Assembly (NCBI GenBank): GCA_902464015.1
Contig: CABQHM010000010.1
Coordinates: forward strand, 345-64,344
Direction: 5' to 3'
DNA: 64,000 nucleotides
Origin: an uncultured Coriobacteriales bacterium
GTDB lineage: Bacteria > Actinomycetota > Coriobacteriia > Coriobacteriales > UMGS124
The notes beneath the pieces are model-generated. The model saw only the letters and a program-made list of their open reading frames with translations, was not told where the DNA came from and ran no database searches. A program made the position numbers and the translations under genes. This document shows, piece by piece, positions 18,546-27,596 of the stretch (position 1 is its first letter; every line of letters starts with the position of its first letter).

Positions 18546-20201
18546 TTAGGCCTCAGGGCGATCGATGACCTCTCGCTCGATATATTCGATAAGCTCCTGC
18601 TTGGAATGGACGTCAAGCTTTACGTAAATGCGCTTGATATGCGCCCACGCGGTGTTTTGAGTGATGCCGAGATCGGCGGCAATGGCGTTTGCGCTCCAGC
18701 CGCGGGCAAGCTGCACGAGAACCTGAGACTCGCGCGCGGTAAGGCCATGCTCGATTGCCCACTCCTCCACGCGAGCGCCCACGCGGCCGCGCACCTCCTG
18801 CTGCTGCTCGAAATCCTGCTCGCCGGCATCTGCAACCGTCACCGCGCCCTCCGGCTGCGCCGCCCCATCAGCGGCGACCGACTCGCCGCTCGCCCCAGGC
18901 GAAACGACCGCGGCCGCACCCTTGTCGCGGCGGCGCAGCAAGACAGCCGGCACCATCGCGAGTAGATATATGCACACAAGGATGAGAATGGTGGCATACG
19001 AGGCGGCAGCTCGCGCCTCGAGTCCGTTGAGCGCCATGCCCAGTGCAAGTCCCACCACAAGCGACAGCTGCGTGCCCACCTGGTACACACCCATGAGCGC
19101 CACGGACGGCACCGACACGCGGCGAGCCGTCTCCACGAGGAACAACACGAACGCCATGCCTACCAGGTCGTAGCACACCACCATGACCATGCCGGCATAG
19201 TGGCCGAACGCCCCCGGAATAAACGGCAGGGTGGAGAGCGCCACAAGCATGAACGGGAACAGCACCCGATACACAGTGGACGTCTCGGGCACGCGGCGCG
19301 AAAGCAGGACCACCGCAGCAAGCAGCACAGCGGCCAAAACAAGCGCCTCAGCCATGGGAACAGCGCCCACCACGGGCTCGAACGTGCTGCCAATAACCGA
19401 GGTATGCAGCAAGCCCACCACGGCCGTCAACACAAATATGCAGAGAAACGAGCTGAAGTAGCCGTGCAACGTCTTTTTTAGCAGGGAAAGCACCTCGCGC
19501 ATCCCGCCGGAAGCAGCACCTCGCCCACCAGCGGCCGAGACATCGCTGCCGGCCACGGCGACAGCTCCCCCATCCTCACGCCCCGCGTCCACCTCCGCGC
19601 TTATCTCACGCACAAGGTACCAATGTACAGCCCCCGAGAGCGCAAGTGCGCCAAACGCCGCCGCAAACAGCGCCCACCCGTCTACGTACGAGAGCGCAAA
19701 ATACCCCGCCGCCTGCATGAGAAAGCCGCAGACAAGGCCGCGCACGGCAACGCGCACGTCGGGTTCGAACACGAACGGCTCGAACCAAGCAAGCGTCATG
19801 ACCGCCGAGCCCACCGCATATATCAGCCCGCACACCAGCGAACCCACGCCGGGATCGAGCGAGGAAAGCAATCCCGACGCGCCAGCGACATACCCCGCGA
19901 GCATGATGACTGCCGAGCACACAAACGAGGCAGGCGGGACATACCCGCCTACAAACGAAAACGGCCGGCGCATATCGTGGGAACCCCCGTGCGCAAACCC
20001 GGCCAGCACGAAAGCGACAAGCACCAGCGTGGCGAAGGCACCAACAATATTGGTAATAAGCGAGAAGGATGTCTGTGCCACAAAACCGTGGCTTGTACCC
20101 GCCTCGGCTCCAAACGCCGTGATGTAGGCGTTGGACGTCACTGCGCGTGCAAGGCCGTAGCCCGCTGCAAGCAGCACCGTTGTGCGCACGCTTTTCGACA
20201 C
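18546..20201 (-). CDS. Membrane-anchored LuxR/GerE-family regulator
   Basis: 551 aa, GTG start. Polytopic hydrophobic N-terminal region. C-terminal LTARESQVLVQLARGWSANAIAADLGITQNTAWAHIKRIYVKLDVHSKQEL. Confidence 0.8.
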   Translation of the reverse strand: MSKSVRTTVLLAAGYGLARAVTSNAYITAFGAEAGTSHGFVAQTSFSLITNIVGAFATLVLVAFVLAGFAHGGSHDMRRPFSFVGGYVPPASFVCSAVIMLAGYVAGASGLLSSLDPGVGSLVCGLIYAVGSAVMTLAWFEPFVFEPDVRVAVRGLVCGFLMQAAGYFALSYVDGWALFAAAFGALALSGAVHWYLVREISAEVDAGREDGGAVAVAGSDVSAAGGRGAASGGMREVLSLLKKTLHGYFSSFLCIFVLTAVVGLLHTSVIGSTFEPVVGAVPMAEALVLAAVLLAAVVLLSRRVPETSTVYRVLFPFMLVALSTLPFIPGAFGHYAGMVMVVCYDLVGMAFVLFLVETARRVSVPSVALMGVYQVGTQLSLVVGLALGMALNGLEARAAASYATILILVCIYLLAMVPAVLLRRRDKGAAAVVSPGASGESVAADGAAQPEGAVTVADAGEQDFEQQQEVRGRVGARVEEWAIEHGLTARESQVLVQLARGWSANAIAADLGITQNTAWAHIKRIYVKLDVHSKQELIEYIEREVIDRPEA

Positions 20202-20537
20202 CCGCGCCCCCTTCGCCCGTCATTCAGTGGTATGCCCATGATACCTGATTCCAGATGGCACATGCCCCGACGTATTTTGAAGCGGGCCACATAGGCCGCC
20301 GACGGCGACCTCGTCGGCGCACAGGTCAGGCGCAGGCGCGCCCGCACTGCCTGGCCCTAGCCTCGGAAAGTCTCGAGCCGAGCACCCCGAAAAAATTTTT
20401 ACCGCTCCCTACCATAGCATCTACCAGTCAAAATACAACCCTAACCGATTATCGGTGATGCATCTGGAGCCGCCAGGTGCCATACCTTGAGATGCAACAG
20501 CGCACCACAGGGTCGCTGAGAAACAAGGAGGAGCACC

Positions 20538-22421
20538 ATGGAAATGAACCGCCGCAACTTCGTGAAGACCACCGCCGGCGTCGCCGCCGCCAGCATGCTT
20601 GCCGCCGTGCCGGCATTCGCTGAGGAGGCCAAGCCCGCCGAGGGCGAGGCTGCTGCCGAGGAGACCGCCGCCCCCGCCGCTGGCGTGCAGGACGGCAAGT
20701 ACGTCACCTCTTGGCTGGGCCACGAGAACTATATCTATGTTGAGACCACCTTCGCCGGCGGCGCCATCGCCAACTGCCGCGTGCTGCGCAACGACGAGAC
20801 CACTGGCGTGGGCACCTACCCCTGCGAGGTCCTGCCCGGCCGCATCGTTGCCGCCCAGAGCGTCGAGGTTGACGCCATGAGCGGTGCAACCCTCACCTCC
20901 ATGGCCATCAAGAGCGCCGTGCGCCAGGCCATCTCCGACGCCGGCGGCGACCCCAAGGTCGACTTCTGCGCTCCCGCCCCCTCCTCGTTCGTCGTTCCTG
21001 AGTTCCCCGAGTCCCAGGACGTCGTCATCGTCGGCGCCGGCACCTCGGGCCTCATCTGCGCCACGCGCCTGCTCGAGATGGGCTACAGCGTGACCCTGCT
21101 CGAGAAGCAGGACATCCCCGGCGGCTCCATGGGCATGACCTACGGCGGCGTCGCCGCTGCCGGCTCGCAGCTCCAGGCCAACTACGCCTGCGGCCGCTTC
21201 GAGGACAGCCCCCTGTACAACGTCGACGCCATGCTTGGCCTGCTCGCCAACTACGTCAACCCCGATCATGACACGCATGACGGCGCCATGCCCTTCCAGA
21301 CCACCATGTACCACACCTCTGGCCAGCTCGTTGACTGGCTGCACTCCATCGGCGTGGGCTTCTACACCATGGGCGTGAACAAGGCCTACGGCATCACCCC
21401 CTACCTGGCCCCCGGCTGCTACGAGGGCGGCTGCGGCTTCGCCATGGAGTTCCTCGTTGACCGCGTGGGCGCTCTGGGCGGCCAGATTTTCTACGGCGTC
21501 AAGGCCACTTCGCTCGTGCAGGACGAGTCCGGTGCGGTGACGGGCGTCAACGCCGAGGGCGAGGACGGCAGCACCTACACCGTGAGCGGCCGCGCAATCG
21601 TGCTCGCCACGGGCGGCTACGGCGCCAACCAGGACATGATTGCCCAGTACAGCCCCAAGTACGCCGGCCACGTGTTCAACTGCTCGCCCTGCTCCACGGG
21701 TGAGGGCATCGAGATGGGCGTGGCTGCCGGCGGCTACGTCGAGTGCATGGACCGCGACCTGGGCGCTTACCTGTCCACCGACGGCTCTGACGGCTCCTTC
21801 TTCGAGCTCGCGTTCCTCTATCAGACCACACCCGGCATCATGGTCAACGCCAACGGCGATCAGTTCGGCAACATCACCTCGAACAACCACGGCATGCAGG
21901 CCGCTGCCCTGCTCGACGAGTCCAATGGCGGCAAGTTCTACCACATCTTCGACGAGTCTGCCGCCGTCACCACCAAGAAGAACGACACGTGGGCATTTGA
22001 CACCTACGAGGCCGTCTTTGACCGTGGCCTCGTCCAGCACTTCGACACCGTTGAGGAGGCCGCCGAGACTCTGAACCTCCCCAACCTGGCCGCCACGATC
22101 GAGAAGAACAACGAGGTCGCCCTCACCGGCGAGCCCGACGAGTGGGGCCGCAAGGTCGTCCCCTTCATCGACACCCGCACGGGCGTCTACGCCATCTCCG
22201 TCATGCCTACCTTCTACCTGACCACGGGCGGCCTTGCCATCGACACGGCCGATCACGTGCTGCGCGAGGACGGAAGCGTCATCCCCAACCTCTACGCTGC
22301 CGGCGACGTCTGCGGCTCCATCGAGGAGAAGGACGGCTGCAACTACAAGATGGGCTTCGACGCCGCGATGACCTTCGGCTACATCATGGCCGACTCCATC
22401 AACACCGACCTGAGCGCCTAA
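20538..22421 (+). CDS. Tat-signal FAD-dependent reductase with N-terminal FMN_bind domain (urocanate/fumarate reductase-like)
   Basis: MEMNRRNFVKTTAGVAAASMLAAVPAFA. FMN_bind with DAMSGATLTSMA, then VVIVGAGTSGL. C-terminal NLYAAGDVCG. AAGGAGGA RBS. Confidence 0.9.
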   Translation: MEMNRRNFVKTTAGVAAASMLAAVPAFAEEAKPAEGEAAAEETAAPAAGVQDGKYVTSWLGHENYIYVETTFAGGAIANCRVLRNDETTGVGTYPCEVLPGRIVAAQSVEVDAMSGATLTSMAIKSAVRQAISDAGGDPKVDFCAPAPSSFVVPEFPESQDVVIVGAGTSGLICATRLLEMGYSVTLLEKQDIPGGSMGMTYGGVAAAGSQLQANYACGRFEDSPLYNVDAMLGLLANYVNPDHDTHDGAMPFQTTMYHTSGQLVDWLHSIGVGFYTMGVNKAYGITPYLAPGCYEGGCGFAMEFLVDRVGALGGQIFYGVKATSLVQDESGAVTGVNAEGEDGSTYTVSGRAIVLATGGYGANQDMIAQYSPKYAGHVFNCSPCSTGEGIEMGVAAGGYVECMDRDLGAYLSTDGSDGSFFELAFLYQTTPGIMVNANGDQFGNITSNNHGMQAAALLDESNGGKFYHIFDESAAVTTKKNDTWAFDTYEAVFDRGLVQHFDTVEEAAETLNLPNLAATIEKNNEVALTGEPDEWGRKVVPFIDTRTGVYAISVMPTFYLTTGGLAIDTADHVLREDGSVIPNLYAAGDVCGSIEEKDGCNYKMGFDAAMTFGYIMADSINTDLSA

Positions 22422-22446
22422 TCCCGCAGCTCAAAGCAGGTATGTA

Positions 22447-22490
22447 AGAAGGGAGCGCCGCGCACTCGCGCGACGCTCCCTTCTCGTTTC
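22447..22490 (+). terminator. Rho-independent terminator
   Basis: agaagggagcg-N15-cgctcccttct followed by cgtttc. Confidence 0.65.
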
Positions 22491-22573
22491 TCCAGGCCTG
22501 TCCAGTTTCCTACGGGCCGCCTCGGGCCCCTTCACGCGAGTTCTCGTTTCCCTCCGTGCGTGCGCCCGTCCCG

Positions 22574-23512
22574 CTACTGGGCGACCCCCATGTGCTCGAC
22601 CGCCCTGTTGATCACGTCGACCGCCAGGGGAACCGCAGGGTTTGCCGTGTCCTCGCGATAATGGGCGTACAGCGCGTACTTTTGGGCATCGTCGTTGCAG
22701 AACTCGACGATCCGGTAATCGGAAAGCGAAAGCGGCGTGATGCGGCGCGCGATGCTTCGATACGTCACGTGCACACCGCTCCTGAAGCGCATCAGATTCG
22801 CGTGATGACCGTGTATGCCCGCCCACGGCATGAGCACGACCTCGGGGTCGCAACCGTTCTTGCACAGCACGCCCTCAAGCTCGCTTGTGTGCCCGCCGGT
22901 CAGGGCCGGGTCATAAGACCAGACCGTGTCGCTTCCCATGTCGGACATCCAGACCTTGCGGTGCTGGGCGAGCCGGTGCGTGTTTCGCACCACGGCCACC
23001 AAAGGATCGGTCACCAGGCGCGCCGAACGCACACCCGCGACGTCGACGCGCGCCGCATCGCTTTGCGGGCACAGACATAGGTCGGCGGTTCCCATCAAGG
23101 GGTGGCGCAGGCTGGCATAAGAGAGAATGTCTTGCACGTCGAGGTCGAGGCTGTAGCCGCACTGCCCCAGCTCCATGTCGACCGAAGAGAGCAGATCGTC
23201 GCTTAAGGCGCAGTCGGACAAGGCGTTCACGCGCAGGTGCAGCGGCTTGGATTCGCGCATCTTCCCCATGTAATCCATCGCGCTGTCGTAGACGCGCAGG
23301 ATATCGTACGCCTTGTCGAGAAACGCCCGTCCCAGCGGCGTGGGCGTGACCCCCATGCTGCTGCGCTGCAGCAGCTCGCCCCCCACGCATTTCTCCAAAG
23401 CCACCATGTGCTTGCTCAGCCCAGGCTGAGAGATGTTAAGCTGGGCGGCAGCTTTGGTCATGCTTCCCTCAGACGCAACCCACACGTACTCGCGTATATA
23501 CTCAGTGTCCAT
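22574..23512 (-). CDS. LysR-family transcriptional regulator
   Basis: N-terminal MDTEYIREYVWVASEGSMTKAAAQLNISQPGLSKHMVALEKCVGGELLQR HTH_1 pattern. About 310 aa, typical LysR length. Confidence 0.85.
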   Translation of the reverse strand: MDTEYIREYVWVASEGSMTKAAAQLNISQPGLSKHMVALEKCVGGELLQRSSMGVTPTPLGRAFLDKAYDILRVYDSAMDYMGKMRESKPLHLRVNALSDCALSDDLLSSVDMELGQCGYSLDLDVQDILSYASLRHPLMGTADLCLCPQSDAARVDVAGVRSARLVTDPLVAVVRNTHRLAQHRKVWMSDMGSDTVWSYDPALTGGHTSELEGVLCKNGCDPEVVLMPWAGIHGHHANLMRFRSGVHVTYRSIARRITPLSLSDYRIVEFCNDDAQKYALYAHYREDTANPAVPLAVDVINRAVEHMGVAQ

Positions 23513-24060
23513 TGCCTTCGACCCCCTTAAACCTGCTGCGACGCTCCTCGCAATCGCATCGCGTGCCTTTGCCAGGCATCGGCGGAATTCATGATGGCAG
23601 AGTGGGGTACTTCTCGGATATCGACCATATTGGTGTTTTCAAATTAGGCTGTTTGCCTGCTGTTTTGTATCTTTCGTCCAAAAATGAAAGCCAGTTCTGT
23701 CAACAAAAATCGCATTGGCGCAGCACACATCGGCCAATCTGGCGATGCCCACTGGGCCATTTTGAACGGCCAAGTCCCTACTCTTGCATCATGTCGCGCG
23801 CCAACAAAACGCTATGGCGGCCCAATCCAAACGCTAGTACCGACCCTTCGGACAGGACGCCCAGCGGAGCGGGCGAAAACTTTTTGCAGAATGTTGTGAC
23901 GTGAGCCGCCCTCAATGCGTCTTTAAGTATTGCAAGGCCTTGGATATGCCGTGTGTGTTCCTCGTTTGCGACACATTGCGGCCACTATACTGGGGCAAAA
24001 GGATGCAAAAGGACCACGCGCCGCGCGGCACCTCGCGGAGCATGACAAGAAGGGGGTCCC

Positions 24061-27000
24061 ATGAACGCCTCTCAAACCACACGCCGGATGCTCGCATCCG
24101 CAGGAGCCGGCGCCATCATCGCGGCCGGAGCACTCGTGGCAGGTATCGCCACCCAACCCTATCCCGCCCTCGCAGAGGACGCAACCTATGACACCGTCGC
24201 CAGCGACGCGTCGTACTCCGACGTAGCCGCCGACGATGACAGCGCATCGGCGGGCGACACAGCCGCCGACGACGCCCAGCAGGCCAACCAGAGCACTGAC
24301 GCGGGCGCGGGCGCACAGGACGCTCCGAAGTTCTCGGCCGCATCCGGCGCCCCCACGGCCACCGCGAGCAAGCCGTGCCTTGCGTTGAGCGTACCCGGCT
24401 CCTTTGACACCACGCAGGCCGAGGCGCTTCTTGGCCGCATCAATGAAATTCGCACCGAGGCCGCCGCAGAAGGCCTCGTAGACTACGAGAGCGGCGTTGC
24501 CGTGACGGGCCAGCCCCTCACCTGGAGCACCGGCCTGGAGCAGCTAGCGCAGGTGCGCGCGGCAGAGGCCTCGTACAGCTTCTCGCACACCCGCCCCGAC
24601 GGCAGCGGCACCGTGCTTGACACCAACGGGCCCCTCGTTGCCGGCGCAAATCCCACCGTTCTGGCCGAGAACCTCGCCCAGGCATCCGACACCGCTTCGG
24701 CTCTTGAACTCTGGTACGCCGAGAAGGACGCTTACGAGCGCTATCTGAACGGCGACACGAGCGTTTCTGAAGGCGACTTCGGCCACTATGCGGCGCTTAT
24801 CAGCGACGACTATACCTACGTTGGACTCGGGTCATTCATTGCCGCCGACGGAGGCACCTACCTGGCCAGCGAGTTCTCCAACGCCGCCAGCGCCTCCGCT
24901 GCCGTGCAGCCCGACGGCGAGTGCGTCGCTCAGATCAACGCCGAGACAGCAGGGCTTACGGCGGGCATCGCCACGCCCCAAGATTGGGACGGCTCCCTCA
25001 CGGCTGGGCAGATGCTCCAGCTGGACCTCAACCTCACGAGCACCCAAGGCGGCACCTACGCTGCGGCGACACAGCTTACCTGGACAAGCAGCGACGAGTC
25101 GGTCGCCACGGTCGACGGCAACGGCCTCGTGAGCACCGTGGGCAGCAGCACGGCCACCATCAGCGTAAGCGCCGCGGCCGATGGGCAGGCCCTCGCCTCG
25201 ATCGACCTTACAGTCGCAGCCCAGCAGGTCGGCGTGCCGAGCGTTGCCGGCATGACGCTTGATGACGCCCGCGACGCGCTTGAGGCGGCTGGCCTGGTGG
25301 TCGGAGACACCATCACCGGGGATGAGGCCTCCGACCCCTCAATGAACGGTGTCGTGTACGACCAGGACCCCGCGGCCAATACCCTGGTGGACGCAGGCAC
25401 GCAGGTAAACCTAACCGCCTACGCCGACTACGTGGCCCCCTGGGCCACGAGCTGCGAGGCAGCCGAGCCCGTGGAGACCGAAGCGGGCGTGGCACCCGAG
25501 CTGCCTGCGACCGTCACCGTCTATTGGAGCAAGGGCGACCCCACGCAGGAGCCCGTGACCTGGGATGATATTGACCCCGCGCTTTATGCCGACGGCGACA
25601 GCTTCCAGGTGAGCGGCACCGTGGGCGACACGGGGCTCACCACGACGGTGGGCGTCACCGTCAAGGCAAAGCCCGCCCCCACAATCGCCTCGCTCGAAGA
25701 CGTCAACGTCACCACACCTTCCGGCACCGCGCCCGAGCTGCCCGAAACAGTGAACGCCACTATGTCCGACGACACCACGACCACGATGAACGTGAGCTGG
25801 AACGCCGTGGACGCCTCGCAGTACAGCTCTCGCGAGGGCGGCACGTTCGACGTGACGGGCACGGTCGAGGGCGCGGCGGGCTATGCCGTGGCACACGTCA
25901 CCGTGACCCCCGCGACCATCACGGCGCTTGAGGACCCCGCGCCCATCACCACCTTCGTCGGCCACGAGCCCACACTCCCTGCGACCGTGAAGGCGACCTG
26001 GAGCAACGGCGACGTCACCGACGAACTGGTTGAGTGGCAGCCCCTGCTCGGCCTCACCCAGGACGGCAAGGGCCCCTGGGACTTCGCCGGTGACGTCGTG
26101 CTCACGGGCACGGTGGAGGGCACCGACAAGACCGCGTCGCTCAAGGTGAGCGTCGTGCAACCCAAGGCGCAGAGCGTAGGCGAGCTCGTCGGCGTGTCGA
26201 CCAAGGCAGGCACGGCGCCCAAGCTGCCCCAAACTGTGCAAGTGACCTGGGAGGATGGCAGTACCACGCAGGAGAGCATCACGTGGGATGCGATCGATCC
26301 CGCCAGCTATGAGAAAGCAGGGATCTTCACCGTCACCGGCACGGTGCCTTCGGCCGACAACGCCCAGGTCGGCGTACAGGTGACCGTGACTGCCGCCGAT
26401 CTCACCATTACCAGCGTCGCCGCCATCGCCGACGTCACCACGCCCTCCGGCACTGCCCCGACACTTCCCAGCCAGGTCGAGGTCACGTGGAGCGACGGCA
26501 GCACGGGCACGGGCACCATTGCCTGGGACGCCGTGGACGAGGCCTCTTACAAGGTGCGCGCAGGCGGAGAGTTCAGCGTGCACGGCACCGTGAGCGCCAC
26601 GCAAGGTTCCGGCGAGGGCGCCGCAGACGGCAAGGCAGACGTCAGCGTGCGCGTCATCGTGAGCGCCGCCACCGCAACGGCCGTCGAGCAGCCTGCCGGC
26701 GTGTCCACGACCGCGAATACCGCCCCTACCCTGCCCGCAACCGCGCGCGTCACCTGGAGCAACGGCGACGTCACCGACGAGGCTGTGACCTGGGATGCCA
26801 TCAATCCCTCGTTCTACGAGAACGCCGGCACGTTCACCGCGAGCGGCAAGGTGAGCTCCACCGGCCAAGGTGTGAGCTGCAAGGTCACCGTGAAGGCCGC
26901 GGCGGCGACCGCAACAGCCGTCTCCGCGAAGGCAGTGGACATTACCACCACGGCAGGCGTTGCCCCCCAGCTCCCCGCCAGCGTCGAGGTCACCTGGAGC

Positions 27001-27492
27001 AACGGCACAACCACAAAGGAAGTCGTCAGTTGGAACGCGGTGTCTGGCAACGCCTATGCGCAGGCCGGGTCGTTTGACGTCACGGGCACCATCGCCACAG
27101 CGACCGGCATCCAGGCAACGGCCCATGTGACCGTCACCGCGCTCACGGCAGTGCGTGCGGTGCTTGACAACAGCGTCATCTCGACCACCGAAGGGGTCGC
27201 GCCCACCCTTCCCGCCACTGCACGGGTGACCTGGAGCAACGGCAAGACTAGCACCGAGACCATCAGCTGGAACGCCGTTGACCCCGCCCTCTACGCCAAG
27301 GCAGGCACCTTCGACGTGAAGGGTACGGCCGCAGGCGTCGCGGTGACTGCGCACGTGAACGTCACCGGTGCCGAGGTCGCGAAGACCGCCGACCCCTCGC
27401 CGAGTCTCGCCCTCGCCGCCATGCTCGCCAGCGGCGGCGTCCTAGCCGTGGCGGCCGGCGTCGTCCTCAAGCTGCGCGCCAAGCGCGGGTAA
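24061..27492 (+). CDS. Large secreted/cell-surface protein: signal peptide, CAP/SCP domain, Big_2, PASTA, 8 Big_4-like repeats, C-terminal TM anchor
   Basis: Signal MNASQTTRRMLASAGAGAIIAAGALVAGIATQPYPALA. CAP-like GHYAALISDDYTYVGLGSF. Big_2-like LTWTSSDESVATVDGNGLV. PASTA-like VPSVAGMTLDDARDALEAAGLVVGD...VYDQDPAANTLVDAGTQVNLT. Eight repeats of the form AP.LP.TV.VTWS.G....E.V.W.AVD...Y. The tail is hydrophobic and ends LKLRAKRG. Confidence 0.85.
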   Translation: MNASQTTRRMLASAGAGAIIAAGALVAGIATQPYPALAEDATYDTVASDASYSDVAADDDSASAGDTAADDAQQANQSTDAGAGAQDAPKFSAASGAPTATASKPCLALSVPGSFDTTQAEALLGRINEIRTEAAAEGLVDYESGVAVTGQPLTWSTGLEQLAQVRAAEASYSFSHTRPDGSGTVLDTNGPLVAGANPTVLAENLAQASDTASALELWYAEKDAYERYLNGDTSVSEGDFGHYAALISDDYTYVGLGSFIAADGGTYLASEFSNAASASAAVQPDGECVAQINAETAGLTAGIATPQDWDGSLTAGQMLQLDLNLTSTQGGTYAAATQLTWTSSDESVATVDGNGLVSTVGSSTATISVSAAADGQALASIDLTVAAQQVGVPSVAGMTLDDARDALEAAGLVVGDTITGDEASDPSMNGVVYDQDPAANTLVDAGTQVNLTAYADYVAPWATSCEAAEPVETEAGVAPELPATVTVYWSKGDPTQEPVTWDDIDPALYADGDSFQVSGTVGDTGLTTTVGVTVKAKPAPTIASLEDVNVTTPSGTAPELPETVNATMSDDTTTTMNVSWNAVDASQYSSREGGTFDVTGTVEGAAGYAVAHVTVTPATITALEDPAPITTFVGHEPTLPATVKATWSNGDVTDELVEWQPLLGLTQDGKGPWDFAGDVVLTGTVEGTDKTASLKVSVVQPKAQSVGELVGVSTKAGTAPKLPQTVQVTWEDGSTTQESITWDAIDPASYEKAGIFTVTGTVPSADNAQVGVQVTVTAADLTITSVAAIADVTTPSGTAPTLPSQVEVTWSDGSTGTGTIAWDAVDEASYKVRAGGEFSVHGTVSATQGSGEGAADGKADVSVRVIVSAATATAVEQPAGVSTTANTAPTLPATARVTWSNGDVTDEAVTWDAINPSFYENAGTFTASGKVSSTGQGVSCKVTVKAAAATATAVSAKAVDITTTAGVAPQLPASVEVTWSNGTTTKEVVSWNAVSGNAYAQAGSFDVTGTIATATGIQATAHVTVTALTAVRAVLDNSVISTTEGVAPTLPATARVTWSNGKTSTETISWNAVDPALYAKAGTFDVKGTAAGVAVTAHVNVTGAEVAKTADPSPSLALAAMLASGGVLAVAAGVVLKLRAKRG
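25440..27370 (+). repeat. Intragenic tandem array of about 8 Ig-like (Big_4-type) repeat units
   Basis: Recurring protein unit of about 75-80 aa containing G.AP.LP..V.VTWS.G.....V.W.AV....Y...G.F.V.GT. Confidence 0.8.
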
Positions 27493-27517
27493 GTAAGGCA
27501 GCTGGAAAACGCACAAA

Positions 27518-27572
27518 GAACCGCCCCCTTCCCCAGGCACTGCCCATCGGGGAAGGGGGCGGTTCATGTTTC
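27518..27572. terminator. Strong hairpin between convergent genes
   Basis: gaaccgcccccttcccc-N14-ggggaagggggcggttc, a 17-bp perfect stem, followed by atgttt. Confidence 0.75.
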
Positions 27573-27596
27573 ACATCCTTGATTATAAAATCCCTG

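Noticed and set aside
20421-22256. 611-aa minus-strand ORF opposite the flavoreductase 20538-22421
   Set aside because: Same reasoning as above: low-complexity G/A/V/D/H composition, no RBS or start context, and a strongly supported gene on the opposite strand.
23513-24060. Small ORFs (for example 23512-23904 and 23901-24191) and a possible ncRNA in the 548-bp LysR/surface-protein intergenic region
   Set aside because: There is no RBS, no motifs and no conserved-looking structure. The region is treated as a promoter region: a TATACT hexamer lies near 23985 and an AGAAGGGGG RBS sits before 24061.
25411-27354. 647-aa minus-strand ORF, plus many 60-130-aa ORFs, inside the surface-protein repeat region
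   Set aside because: These are generated by the repetitive GC-rich Big_4-coding DNA. They have no independent start or RBS and no motifs.
27370-27492. Sortase (LPxTG) sorting signal at the C-terminus of the surface protein
   Set aside because: A hydrophobic segment and a basic tail are present, but the preceding motif is VAKTAD, which is neither LPxTG nor LAxTG. It is annotated only as a C-terminal membrane anchor.
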